This document shows positions 17,573-27,053 of a stretch of 40,642 nucleotides of DNA, piece after piece. How positions within the stretch are numbered: the first letter of the stretch is position 1; each line of letters starts with the position of its first letter. The notes below the pieces were generated by a model. It saw nothing but the letters and a program-made list of their open reading frames with translations. It did no database searches and was not told the DNA's origin. The stretch is from a virus. The DNA is taken from the IMG/VR virus record IMGVR_UViG_3300045988_111756, positions 1 to 40,642 of that record; one strand, 5' to 3'. Position numbers and translations under genes: made by a program.

Positions 17573-18292
17573 CTACTGGCCTTCTTCCTGCATCTTCTTG
17601 AACAGATTCACGAAGTAAATCTGACCACGGCCCGTTACCTTCGTTGTCCTGGTAATGTGGCATTCACCGCTGGAACCGATGCGCGTACCTTCCTTTATCT
17701 CCATCCACCCGGCTTCGATGCAGCGTTGCGTGGGCATGTTCTTCGCGCTGCCGCTCTTGTGCAGGTAGCCATTGGCCCGCAGCCAGTCAAAGAAACGATT
17801 CTGGCCCATGTCATAGCCAGTAGCCTGCTTGATGAGCTTCGCCATTTCACCGATGAGGATAGAGGTCTTCGCAACCTCGATGGATTCCGCAAACACCACC
17901 TTTGGCCTGTCAGCCGCAGCCTTCACTTCAAGGGCCTGACGCTTTTCCCGTTCTTCCTTGAGATCGGTAGCCAGACGGATGAGTGTATCAGGATTCAACA
18001 GCGCCTCCTCCAGCTTGGCCGGGGTCAGGTAGCCGCCGTGCTTGCGGATGGCGGGCAGGACTTCGTGCGTGATCCAGCGCTTGAAAGTCTTGGCCTCTGG
18101 TTTGCGGGAACGCAGGATCAGGGAATACAGGCCCGCTTCGGAAACGATGGACATTTCCTGCGCCCCGCCGGGGGTCTGCACAGTATGCAGACCCTTTTCA
18201 TCATCATCGAGGCCGCGCGCACCGGAAGCAAGGTCAAGTTCCAGGCACTCGCACACGTCCTTTGCCACGAACCACGGTTCACTGGACTGCAT
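17573..18292 (-). CDS. Phage antirepressor (Bro-N N-terminal domain + KilA-C/ANT C-terminal domain)
   Basis: Bro-N-like FVAKDVCECLEL...GLYSLILRSRKPEAKTFKRWITHEVLPAIRKHG. C-terminal KVVFAESIEVAKTSILIGEMAKLIK...RFFDWLRANGYL. Confidence 0.8.
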   Translation of the reverse strand: MQSSEPWFVAKDVCECLELDLASGARGLDDDEKGLHTVQTPGGAQEMSIVSEAGLYSLILRSRKPEAKTFKRWITHEVLPAIRKHGGYLTPAKLEEALLNPDTLIRLATDLKEEREKRQALEVKAAADRPKVVFAESIEVAKTSILIGEMAKLIKQATGYDMGQNRFFDWLRANGYLHKSGSAKNMPTQRCIEAGWMEIKEGTRIGSSGECHITRTTKVTGRGQIYFVNLFKKMQEEGQ

Positions 18293-18459
18293 GACAACAC
18301 GAATGCTGCCAAAACCTGCCTGCTCGAATAGGAATCCTCCAAAAAAAATGCGCCCGCCGGGGTGGTTCAGGGCGGACTGGCCACCCTCCCGACAGGCGCA
18401 AAAATGAGTTCAATTTTCTGTCCCGAACCACCAAGACAGCAGTAGGATACGGAAGCTAG

Positions 18460-18480
18460 GGACGCATGTCAAATGCGTCC
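18460..18480. promoter_or_regulatory. Perfect inverted repeat GGACGCAT-gtcaa-ATGCGTCC in the antirepressor upstream region
   Basis: 8-bp arms, 5-nt spacer. Between small ORF 18485-18592 and the ant start. Confidence 0.35.
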
Positions 18481-18484
18481 TTGG

Positions 18485-18592
18485 CTAGTCATCTTCCTTA
18501 CCGCGCTTCTTGCCCAGGAAGAGGCAGACACCGGCGAGGAAGACGAAGGCCACGCCATAGACGATGAAGCTGCCAAAGCTGATACTTTCCAT
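18485..18592 (-). CDS. Small hydrophobic peptide (35 aa, single TM) immediately downstream of fiber gene 3
   Basis: SD GGAGG 6 nt before ATG 18590-18592. MESISFGSFIVYGVAFVFLAGVCLFLGKKRGKEDD. Confidence 0.4.
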   Translation of the reverse strand: MESISFGSFIVYGVAFVFLAGVCLFLGKKRGKEDD

Positions 18593-18601
18593 AGGAACCT
18601 C

Positions 18602-21013
18602 CTAGATTATTTTAATGTCCAAGCGCAGCACGGGCGCTACGCCAGAAGTTTGAATATATGCGCCGTCCACGGCGTCAGACCTCATTTGCAGGCCATACGC
18701 TTCTCCCGCCTTCACCTGCCACTTAATGGGCACAGACTTGTACAGTTTGGGGGCGCTATTCGCCGGAGCACTGAAAACAACAGAGGCATCGGGAACGACC
18801 TGAGCCTTGCCGTCATCGAACTTCATAATAACAAACTCGACCTTGTGGTCTCTGTCGTTCTCATTGGCAAGCATGATGGATAGCCGTGCAGATACAGCGC
18901 ACTCCCTGCCGAACACCAGCACGCCGTTGTCGTCAGGAACCTGGGAACCAGTAATGACATTCTGCTTCCGGTCTATGGTAATCGGTGCGCTGCCGGAGAC
19001 CATTTTGCCAATAGGAGCCGGGATGAGCGATTTGTTGATGGTATATCGGATGGATGCGTCCCCCGCTGGCTTGTCAAGCTCAAACGTGGCTTTCTGCGTC
19101 GGCAAGACAGGCGGCACAAGGTTGTCTACAATCTGGTACGTCGTGAAAGGATCAGTGACCTCGACATCGAAACCAGAGAGCTCAAGAGTCATAGGGCTCT
19201 GCGCGTCAATAGGCACGATGCCCGCGCTTATCTTATGCGCCGTCTCGGGAACCACGAAGTCGAGAACATACGTTTTGAACTTCCCTGTCGGCTGTTCCTC
19301 GATGAAACTGTCAGAGATTTTCGTCCAGCCCTGCGCCCAGACAATGGCTATATTGTCTCTGCGCTCGATACGCTTTTTGGCGTCCGCTGTTTTATCACCG
19401 GCGAGAGCTACCAGCTTGAAAGCGTCATTCGGGTCAGCGAGCATTACCCTGGCGCGCAAAGACCGGCCATGGAGACTGTACACATCGTCTTCGTGAAGCG
19501 TGTGGCCAAGAAAGAAGTCAGCGATGTTGCCATTGTCGGAAATGGTCACCACCTTGTTACTGATCTTTCCCTTTATTTCCGTAACGTTGTCCAGCTCCCA
19601 GCCGTCCGCGCCAAGCATTCCAGTGCGTGCCGGAACGACCGCTTCCGCCTCGTTTCGGCTGAGACCGAAGGCAATGTTTGCCACAGAGCTGAAGTACTTC
19701 TTTTCGACCAGTATGCGCTCATTGAAGTCAGCCTCATAAGCGAGCTGCGCGAGGCCAGTATGTGACTTATTGGTGAGCGCCTGTGCCATGATGCAGGTGC
19801 CTCCACGAACACGCCCGGCCAGCATCACGCCGTCACTCTGCGCATTGTGAGAGACAGAAATGCCTACTGTGGCCATACCAGCGAACAAACAGACCCCCTC
19901 AAGGATGATGGGCGCAATAGGCTCACCTGCCTTGACGGTCACAGTCTTTGACAGCAAGCGGCCGTTCACATCTTCCACAATCTTGTCCGCGGACGCTTCC
20001 GGCTGCGTATGTTCCCACAGCCTGACGGTAAGCTGGAAGTCTTCCACAGGGATCTGGTCTAATGCGATATGCGCTACCAGAAGAAAAGCCGTGCCGCCAG
20101 TAACGCTCGGATCATCCATGGTAACGTCCTGCAAGGTGAGGCCCTTGTTTATCTCGTCAAGAGACAGGAAAGCTCCGCCAGAAACAAGTAGCTCATCGCA
20201 ATACACCTTCCCGGCATGGGTGGAATCCTCAGGCCGCCCGACCACCTCGACATCCTGAGACAGCGCAGCGTAGATGCCCGGAGCCTGGTCGCTTTGTACC
20301 ATGGAAGCCGGATCGATCATGAGAGAAAGGACGCCGTTCTTTATACGGCCCTGCACCGGAGGCACAACGACAATCTCTGTCACGTCCTCGCCGTTGAACT
20401 GCACAGGAGACGACATGGGAAAGGCCGCAGCCTCATTGTTCAGGATGACCCAACGGCTTTCGGCAACGGCGGAGCGCAGGCTGACGGACTCTCCGGGGAG
20501 AAGCGTATAAGAAGTGGCGTCTCCGATGGTATCGCTCTCTCCACCGGGAACAAGCGTGACCTGTCCAGATGTTTTGCTGTTGCGTACATATACTTCCATG
20601 CCGTCACGTTCGTTCGTGATGTTCGGAAGCATCTGCTGCACATCGCCCGCGCCCGTGAACTCATGCGCCCACGCCGTCATGCCCACAGGAGGGACAAGAA
20701 CAGCGTCCTCGCTGCTCGTGTAACGACTATTGGTAAGTCCGCTGATAGCACCCGCTGTGAGCGCATCAGCCGTTCCCCCGACCCACTCAATACCGTCCAC
20801 GATAGCTGCGCCATCACGCTTAAAGTCGAGGCTCCCGGGGTCTCCTTTGTCTCCCTTGGGGCCAGCGGGGCCCGTCGCACCTGTGGCACCTGTCAACCCC
20901 TGAATGCCCTGCGGGCCAGTGGCGCCGGTGTCCCCTTTGTCACCCTTGGAGCCGGGGACGCCAGAGCCCCCGCCACCCTTCAACATGGCGTCTGCGATTT
21001 TCGTGATGCTCAT
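18602..21013 (-). CDS. Tail fiber / tailspike protein 3 (about 803 aa) with a short N-terminal collagen-like G-X-Y segment
   Basis: [64 protein letters not shown] overlaps the upstream stop (ATGA). RBS GGAGGA. Confidence 0.7.
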   Translation of the reverse strand: MSITKIADAMLKGGGGSGVPGSKGDKGDTGATGPQGIQGLTGATGATGPAGPKGDKGDPGSLDFKRDGAAIVDGIEWVGGTADALTAGAISGLTNSRYTSSEDAVLVPPVGMTAWAHEFTGAGDVQQMLPNITNERDGMEVYVRNSKTSGQVTLVPGGESDTIGDATSYTLLPGESVSLRSAVAESRWVILNNEAAAFPMSSPVQFNGEDVTEIVVVPPVQGRIKNGVLSLMIDPASMVQSDQAPGIYAALSQDVEVVGRPEDSTHAGKVYCDELLVSGGAFLSLDEINKGLTLQDVTMDDPSVTGGTAFLLVAHIALDQIPVEDFQLTVRLWEHTQPEASADKIVEDVNGRLLSKTVTVKAGEPIAPIILEGVCLFAGMATVGISVSHNAQSDGVMLAGRVRGGTCIMAQALTNKSHTGLAQLAYEADFNERILVEKKYFSSVANIAFGLSRNEAEAVVPARTGMLGADGWELDNVTEIKGKISNKVVTISDNGNIADFFLGHTLHEDDVYSLHGRSLRARVMLADPNDAFKLVALAGDKTADAKKRIERRDNIAIVWAQGWTKISDSFIEEQPTGKFKTYVLDFVVPETAHKISAGIVPIDAQSPMTLELSGFDVEVTDPFTTYQIVDNLVPPVLPTQKATFELDKPAGDASIRYTINKSLIPAPIGKMVSGSAPITIDRKQNVITGSQVPDDNGVLVFGRECAVSARLSIMLANENDRDHKVEFVIMKFDDGKAQVVPDASVVFSAPANSAPKLYKSVPIKWQVKAGEAYGLQMRSDAVDGAYIQTSGVAPVLRLDIKII
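20854..20945. repeat. Near-identical (about 95%) 92-bp repeat shared with 22769..22860 (collagen-like segment of fiber genes 3 and 2)
   Basis: cccgtcgcacctgtggcacctgtcaacccctgaatgccctgcgggccagt... is present in both. Confidence 0.75.
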
Positions 21014-21592
21014 TTCACTTCCTCCCACTGCCACAGGCCCTGGGTATCGGGATTCCAGACACATGCGGGCATGTCGGCTTTTGCGAGATACAGCTTACCG
21101 TTGAAGCGGTAGTAGAGGCCATTCTCCACGTCCATTCCATAGATGAACGGAATCGGGTTGTCCTGGGTGCCTTGCGGTTCATCTCCGCTGTCGGGATCTA
21201 CGGACAGCGGGCGGTATACAGCCAACATTCCCGCGGAGTCAGGCGGCTGATTTTCCACAGAGGTAACGTCATTGACAACTTCGTAGACGATGCCATTGTG
21301 GACAAGACGATAGCCGCTTGCATAGGTCTGACCGGCGGCCCATTCTGTGAACAGCCCGGCTTTGGCGAAGGTGGCGAACTCGGCGGCGGCGAAGGCGCTC
21401 GTCTGTACCATGCCCGCCTGCATCCGGGCCATGAGGATGCTGCGCGACTGCGCCCTGGCCTCGGCTACGGCCTGCGCGGCCAGCTCCTCGTCAGTGGGAG
21501 CGTGCAGATTCTCCCACTCAGACTCAGTAAAATATCCGTCAGGCTTTTCATCCCACATTTCCGCGTTGCCATTAGGGCTATAATAAACAGCC
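21010..21592 (-). CDS. Hypothetical tail-fiber-associated protein (194 aa); possible fiber distal or assembly protein
   Basis: RBS GGAGG before ATG 21592. Sits between fiber genes 2 and 3. Confidence 0.45.
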
Positions 21593-21607
21593 ATATTTAC
21601 CTCCGTG

Positions 21608-23152
21608 TTACTCGGTATATCGCACGATGATAGCACCAGCGGCCCCAGCTCCGCCTGCACCGCCAGCTGCACCCACGCCGTATGCTCCTGCTCCACCACC
21701 GCCGCCGCCACCGGCGCCGTAGCCTATACCACCAGCGCCACCAGAACCCGCTGTATATACCCCGCCGCCGCCAGAGCCACCCGAACCGTTATTAGCTTTC
21801 ACGTTTGTGAGATAGCCTGGGGCGCCTGCTCCACCATCGCCACCTTTTCTGGTAGCCCCATTAGAGCCGCTGCCACCTTCATTAATTCCGGGCGCCCCAG
21901 TGCCGTTTGATCCAGCAGAAGCATTATTGCCCGCAAATCCAGAAGAGCCGCCTTTTGACGTTACATATGTTCCAAAAGAAGATTCGCCGCCAGGTCCGCC
22001 AACGGTAATGGGGACTACAGTACCCGCACTCAGTGTAACGAGGACGGTCTTTATAAAACCACTTCCGCCGCCGCCTCCTCCGCCACCATTACTATTTTGT
22101 CCAGAATTGCCTACACTTTCTCCTCCAGTTCCTCCTTTACCTCCGCCACCGATACAAGTGATGGAATACACGCCAGACACAGGTGCCTGCCAGTCAGCGT
22201 CACTGGAGGTAAAAAAGATTTCTTTATTGAAATTGCTGGCAGGAGAATTAGCTTTGTTCAACGCCTCTTCTGCTGTTTCTTTTGCGGCATCCGCAGCCGT
22301 CTGGGCTTCGCTGGCGGCGGTCGCGGCGGCGACCCCCTTGTCGTATGCGGTCTTTACCGCTATGGCCGTAGCAGCCAGAGTGGTGCTGGTGGAATTGATG
22401 GCGGAGGAGAGCTGCACCACGCCCTTGGCAGAAGTGGACGCACTGGCGACGCTGAGGGTCCCGTCGGCAGCAACAGAGAGGTTCGTGCCGACCTTCACTT
22501 TACCGGCTACCGTAGAGGTAGCCACAGGAACAATAGCAGATGAACCGGCAGGGCCTCGCAGATCCACAGCCTGCCCCCACGAGCCGTCGGGCTCCTTGAA
22601 GCGCAGAGCTGTCCCCTGCCATTCATGCTCCGGCGGCAGGCCATCAGAGCCATCCTTTCCCGGAGCTCCCGTCGCGCCGGTGTTTCCCTTCGGGCCGGGG
22701 TCGCCTTTCGCGCCCTTCTCACCCTGCGGCCCCTGCGGTCCTTCCGCCCCCTGGATTCCTGGGTTGCCCTTGGGGCCAGCAGGGCCCGTCGCACCTGTGG
22801 CACCTGTCAACCCCTGAATGCCCTGCGGGCCAGTATCGCCGGTGTCCCCTTTTTCCCCCTGAATCCCCTGTGGGCCTTGCGGGCCAGTGTCTCCTGGGTC
22901 GCCCTTTGCGCCGTCAGCACCGGCAGGCCCTTGGATTCCCTGCAATCCGCGCTCGCCTTGCGGGCCTTTGGCCCCGATCTTCACCCAGAACGTGCTGGAA
23001 TTATCCTGCGGAGCCGTGCCAGCAGGCGCATCCTTTACGCACTCCCAGACCTCTCCGTTCAGCGTCACACGGTCAAGCACGGCATACGCTTTCGCGCTGC
23101 TGTATTCGCCCTGAAAGACAGGGCGCACCCTGCCAAGCGTCATGCTAGGCAT
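21608..23152 (-). CDS. Tail fiber protein 2 (514 aa): N-terminal domain, collagen-like G-X-Y repeats, Ala/Thr-rich coiled region, and a C-terminal poly-glycine domain
   Basis: G-X-Y run [20 protein letters not shown]... C-terminal [10 protein letters not shown]...[20 protein letters not shown]. Start overlaps the fiber 1 stop (ATGCCTAG). Confidence 0.7.
   Translation of the reverse strand: MPSMTLGRVRPVFQGEYSSAKAYAVLDRVTLNGEVWECVKDAPAGTAPQDNSSTFWVKIGAKGPQGERGLQGIQGPAGADGAKGDPGDTGPQGPQGIQGEKGDTGDTGPQGIQGLTGATGATGPAGPKGNPGIQGAEGPQGPQGEKGAKGDPGPKGNTGATGAPGKDGSDGLPPEHEWQGTALRFKEPDGSWGQAVDLRGPAGSSAIVPVATSTVAGKVKVGTNLSVAADGTLSVASASTSAKGVVQLSSAINSTSTTLAATAIAVKTAYDKGVAAATAASEAQTAADAAKETAEEALNKANSPASNFNKEIFFTSSDADWQAPVSGVYSITCIGGGGKGGTGGESVGNSGQNSNGGGGGGGGSGFIKTVLVTLSAGTVVPITVGGPGGESSFGTYVTSKGGSSGFAGNNASAGSNGTGAPGINEGGSGSNGATRKGGDGGAGAPGYLTNVKANNGSGGSGGGGVYTAGSGGAGGIGYGAGGGGGGGAGAYGVGAAGGAGGAGAAGAIIVRYTE
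22769..22860. repeat. Second copy of the 92-bp collagen-segment repeat (see 20854..20945)
   Basis: Direct comparison. Confidence 0.75.
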
Positions 23153-24652
23153 ATGTCACCTCCAGTTCGCCATTTTCATTGATCTTGTATGTGGCATCTG
23201 GGGCAGTCTGCCCCGTGTAGTTGAGGATCAAGTTCCCGCTGCCATCCACAGCAAACTGGATGAACTGAGCATCCAGCGCTGTGGTAATATCGCCGGCCTC
23301 CCCCTTCGGCCCCTGCGGGCCAGGCTCTCCTGGTTCTCCCTTTTCCCCCTTCTCACCTTGCAATCCTTGAGGCCCCTGCGGGCCGCGTGCACCAGTATCG
23401 CCAGTGTCGCCTTTCGGCCCGGTCAAGCCCTGGTCGCCCTTTTCGCCTTTTACGCCTTGAGGGCCACGCGCACCGGTATCGCCGGTGTCGCCTTTCACCC
23501 CAGCAGGGCCGGGAATGCCTTGGATACCCTGCGGGCCAGGCTCTCCTGGTTCTCCCTGGATTCCCTGCAAACCGCGTGCTCCTTCCTGCCCCTTCGGGCC
23601 TTCTGGGCCGCGTTCACCGGGGTCACCCTTGGCACCGGCAGGGCCAGTGCCGCCGGTATCACCCTTCTCGCCTTTGGCACCGGGAAGGCCGCGGGGGATG
23701 CCGAAGAAGAAGCGTAGGGCGTCGGAATCGAAACGGCACGTCGCAGCCTCGCCGGGTTCCAGCGTGCTGGCTTCGGCGGTCAGGGCGGAGATATCGAGGT
23801 AGGTATCTTCGATGCGTTTGACCAGCTCTTGGATCTTCGCAATCTGCACGTCACCTTCCGCGTCGATCTTCGCAATCTGCACGTCACCTTCCGCGTCGAT
23901 CTTCGCAATGCCCTTTTCCACCACGGCGCGGATATCAGGGTTTGCGAAGCTCAGGCTGGAGATACCCCACACCCGCAGGCCTGCGCCTGGGTTGCTGGCG
24001 AAGCGGATGCGATTCTTTCCGATGATGGTATAGGCTTTGTCAGGTTCCTGCACCACGCCGCCCAGGGAGAGAAGAAGATTGTTGGCGTCGGGATCAAGGA
24101 TAATGTCCTCGCCAACCTCGTATTCCACGACGCCAGCCTTGGTGGTAAACGGCTCGATGGTCTGGGCGAAGAGATTGGCCATGGCCTGATTCACGGCAGC
24201 GACTGCCTGCTGCATGTACTTGTAGGCGACGAGAATGTCCTCGGCCATCTGCTCCGGCGTCCTGTCATCTGTGGGCGGAACGATGACGGCGCGTTCCAGG
24301 GCCTCAAGGAGCTGCTGCCGTTCGGCACACGCCATATCAAGTGCGTCTTCGAGGACTTGAGGATCGAAGCGCGTGCCGGAAAGCAGATCAACCCCCTGCG
24401 TGAACGGCATGTCACGCAGGATGGCCAGCTTCCAGCCAGAGGGCAGCGGAGCGCCGTCTTTGCGATACGTCACCGTGCCGCCGGTATCAGTCAGCGTTGC
24501 CGTCCAACCTGTGGCCGGCAGGGATGCACCGTCCGGGCCGGTGATGGTGACGGACAGCTCCGAGGTACCCCAGACCCGGAAGTCAAAGGGGAAGTCCGTG
24601 GTGGCGCCATTGCCGTTGAATACGGCTTTGGACACCTTGCTTTGCATGGTCA
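23145..24652 (-). CDS. Tail fiber protein 1 (about 502 aa): T7 gp17-like N-terminal tail-attachment domain, coiled coil, about 50 collagen-like G-X-Y triplets, small C-terminal domain
   Basis: N-terminal [28 protein letters not shown] resembles T7 gp17 DGSNRDFNIPFEYLARKFVVVT. Long G-X-Y run 23280-23700. Confidence 0.7.
23833..23910. repeat. Perfect tandem duplication of a 33-bp unit (encodes [11 protein letters not shown] x2, plus a partial third copy) inside fiber gene 1
   Basis: gatcttcgcaatctgcacgtcaccttccgcgtc at 23833-23865 and 23866-23898. Confidence 0.8.
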
Positions 24653-25267
24653 TCGCCAGTAGTCCTCCGCACACCCGCTGCGGGCCGTGATCCACGGATC
24701 CTCACGCTTCGGGGGGTTGTTGTCGTTCGTGTTGCCGTCATAGGCCGCGGGAAGCGCCAACTGGTAACGCTGTTCCAGCTCTTGAACCTTCGCACCGTTG
24801 TTTTTCAGCAACGGGCCTGCAATCTCACAGGCAAGGCGCAAGGACATGGCCTTCACGAAAGCGTCGTCCCAGCGGCTCACGTCTTCCACGTCCACCGTGT
24901 AGTCAGCCACGGCCTGGGGAATATCGCTCAGGATAAGCGGCGTCCCGTCAGTCATAGATACCAGCAACCAGCGCGGCTTGCCAGTCCTGTCACCGTCCGT
25001 CGCCACGCGATGCAGGCGGAGGAACTTGTCCGGCACCGTGTACGCATAGCGCCATTCTCTGGCGTACAGCTCCGGCACGTCCTTTTCCGCCAGGCGCGCC
25101 CGACGCTGCGCCCAGCGCCACGGATAGCCGCGGAGGGCAGCCCGGCGGGCAACGTCCCAATACAGGCCGCACTGGATGGCCTCCGGCGTGCGCTCCGTCT
25201 CACTGGCCACAGTGCGCGTGCCCAGGTAGCCCAGCGCCATGTTCCAGATCTGGATTTTACTTGTCAT
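24650..25267 (-). CDS. Tail tubular protein A (T7 gp11-like, about 205 aa)
   Basis: N-terminal IWNMALGYLGTRTVASETERTPEAIQCGLYWDVARRAALRGYPWRW pattern resembles T7 gp11 (NDILASIGEPPVSTLE...ARRILNKINRQIQSRGWTF). RBS GGGAGG before ATG 25267. Confidence 0.5.
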   Translation of the reverse strand: MTSKIQIWNMALGYLGTRTVASETERTPEAIQCGLYWDVARRAALRGYPWRWAQRRARLAEKDVPELYAREWRYAYTVPDKFLRLHRVATDGDRTGKPRWLLVSMTDGTPLILSDIPQAVADYTVDVEDVSRWDDAFVKAMSLRLACEIAGPLLKNNGAKVQELEQRYQLALPAAYDGNTNDNNPPKREDPWITARSGCAEDYWR

Positions 25268-25286
25268 GCCACCTCCCAAAAGGAAA

Positions 25287-25310
25287 GGGGCGAGGGCTTA
25301 CCCCCGCCCC
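25287..25310 (-). terminator. GC-rich hairpin (possible attenuator/terminator) between the acidic 92-aa gene and tail tubular A
   Basis: ggggcgaggg-cttac-ccccgcccc. The minus-strand T-rich tail overlaps the next RBS. Confidence 0.3.
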
Positions 25311-25316
25311 TGTAGG

Positions 25317-25595
25317 CTATTCGGTCACGCTGTCCGCCTTGCGGCGGCGGCCCCGCTTGCTGGCCTTCGCAGGTTCTTCCTGCTGGGCCTGCTGGGCTTC
25401 ATCGTTTTCAGGTTCGTCATCAATTTCTTCCGCCTCCTGTTCGGGGTCTTCCTTGGGCACGGGCTCCGGCACAGGCACGGGGTCGGGTTCCAGCGGGATC
25501 ATGTAGTCTTCGGGCTGTCCGGGCCAGTCGAACTCGTCACCGGACTGATGCAGCACGCCGCGGATGAAGCACTCTTCGGTGCAGCGCACGCGCAT
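25317..25595 (-). CDS. Acidic hypothetical virion-module protein (92 aa; Pro/Glu-rich, with a basic C-terminus)
   Basis: ORF in operon context. PVPVPEPVPKEDPEQEAEEIDDEPENDEAQQ. Confidence 0.45.
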   Translation of the reverse strand: MRVRCTEECFIRGVLHQSGDEFDWPGQPEDYMIPLEPDPVPVPEPVPKEDPEQEAEEIDDEPENDEAQQAQQEEPAKASKRGRRRKADSVTE

Positions 25596-25597
25596 GG

Positions 25598-26026
25598 TTA
25601 GCCCTCGACCTTGCCCTTGTCGATGTACTGGCCGGCAACCTGCGGAAGTTCGTCTTCACGCATCACAGCGGCGAACATCTTGCCGCCGGTGCCCACGGTG
25701 CCGGAGACGTTCAGACGAATCCAGGGCTTGGTGACGCCGGGAGGCAGGAAGCGGATGGGCGCACGCTTGCCCACGGCCATGTCGGCGTCGGCGGTCAGCG
25801 TAATGGCCACACCGGGGACTTCCTGATAGCTGCCACCCTTCTTGTCAGCCTGTTTGATCTTGATGACCACGCTGGAAGCGCTGGAAGGCTTGGCCGTGAA
25901 TTTGACCATCAGGGGAATGGGCTCTTCGCGGCCGGGGATCAGGAACGAGGTCAGACCCACTTCGGGGCCATCCTTGGCGGCCAGGGCTTCGTCCCACAGG
26001 ACGTTATGGCTGTCGATGATGGACAT
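25598..26026 (-). CDS. Hypothetical head protein (142 aa) immediately downstream of the major capsid gene
   Basis: RBS GGAGGTG before ATG 26026. Position. Confidence 0.5.
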   Translation of the reverse strand: MSIIDSHNVLWDEALAAKDGPEVGLTSFLIPGREEPIPLMVKFTAKPSSASSVVIKIKQADKKGGSYQEVPGVAITLTADADMAVGKRAPIRFLPPGVTKPWIRLNVSGTVGTGGKMFAAVMREDELPQVAGQYIDKGKVEG

Positions 26027-26037
26027 ATCGCACCTCC

Positions 26038-27033
26038 TTACGCAAGGGCGGATTCGGTGGAGAGAATGGCGTCACACTGGCGGATGGGACGGCCATGCAG
26101 GACGGGAACGCCCTTGCTGCCGAAGAACTCGCCGTAGCTCAGGTGGACACCCTTCGGGTCAATGGCCTGCATTTCCAGGGCGGTCAGCACGTCCTGGTTG
26201 GCGTACCAGATGGCCTTGCCGCGCATCATTTCGGGCATCATGTTCTTGGCCTTGATGGTGAGCTTCTGCAGGTCAACAAAGCCGGATTCGCCGTAGCCGA
26301 GGCCCAGCTTGGTGGTGTCGATGTTGGCGATACGCACCACGGCGCGCCAGTCGCGCACGGTCAGACCACAGCGCCAGTTGTACTTGTCGCCAAGACACTG
26401 GAACTTGCGGCCATCGTCGTCGTTGGTCATGTACTTTCCCATGTCTTCATGCTCGAAGCCGCCCTTGCTGCCCTTCGGATAGAGACCGTGGACGGTCTGT
26501 GCCCCCCAGCACACCAGCCACATGGACGTACATTTGGCACCGGTGCCTTCAGCACCGACCACATGCGGGGAGGTCTTGCCGGGGTAACGCATGGAAAGGC
26601 CGTTGAACTCGTCCGGGGTCACATTGCTGTCGCCATAGAACATGGTCTTGGCCACCTTCTGGCGCATGGCTTCGGTGAAGGCCTTGGACTCGCTCATGCG
26701 GAAGGCGTTCAGCTTGTCGCCGTAGAGGCGCGTTTCTTCCACGTCCAGTTCCATGAGGGCTTCAAGGATGCCGCAGCCTTCCTTAACCTGGCTCCACTGG
26801 GACTTGCTGGGCGGCGTACCCTGATACAGGCGGCGCCAGTAGACTTCCGGCAGGCCGGTGCGGATGCGCGTCAGATGGCCGTCAGACTGGTTCGATTCCA
26901 TCCACGGCACGTCAGACAGAATATCATTGGTCTGGTTCATCAGTTCAATGATATCGCCGGCGGCCTGCCCCTTGTAGAAGTCTTCCAGCTCGGCGAGGGT
27001 GGCCACAAGGCCAAGGGACTTACTCACAGCCAT
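26038..27033 (-). CDS. Putative major capsid protein (331 aa)
   Basis: Called from position (portal-scaffold-capsid) and size. Family not recognised from sequence. Confidence 0.55.
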   Translation of the reverse strand: MAVSKSLGLVATLAELEDFYKGQAAGDIIELMNQTNDILSDVPWMESNQSDGHLTRIRTGLPEVYWRRLYQGTPPSKSQWSQVKEGCGILEALMELDVEETRLYGDKLNAFRMSESKAFTEAMRQKVAKTMFYGDSNVTPDEFNGLSMRYPGKTSPHVVGAEGTGAKCTSMWLVCWGAQTVHGLYPKGSKGGFEHEDMGKYMTNDDDGRKFQCLGDKYNWRCGLTVRDWRAVVRIANIDTTKLGLGYGESGFVDLQKLTIKAKNMMPEMMRGKAIWYANQDVLTALEMQAIDPKGVHLSYGEFFGSKGVPVLHGRPIRQCDAILSTESALA

Positions 27034-27053
27034 GTCACACCTCCTTCAGTGTG

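Noticed and set aside
21900-23821. Plus-strand ORFs within the collagen-like fiber genes (e.g. 21900-22817, 23142-23717)
   Set aside because: These are antisense readings of G-X-Y repeats (Pro/Ala/Arg-rich nonsense). The minus-strand frames give clean collagen-like proteins with RBSs
26881-26891. GGTTCGATTCC, a perfect tRNA T-loop-like motif
   Set aside because: Flanking sequence does not form T-stem, acceptor or anticodon arms, and it lies inside the major capsid coding region. Treated as coincidence. No tRNA found elsewhere
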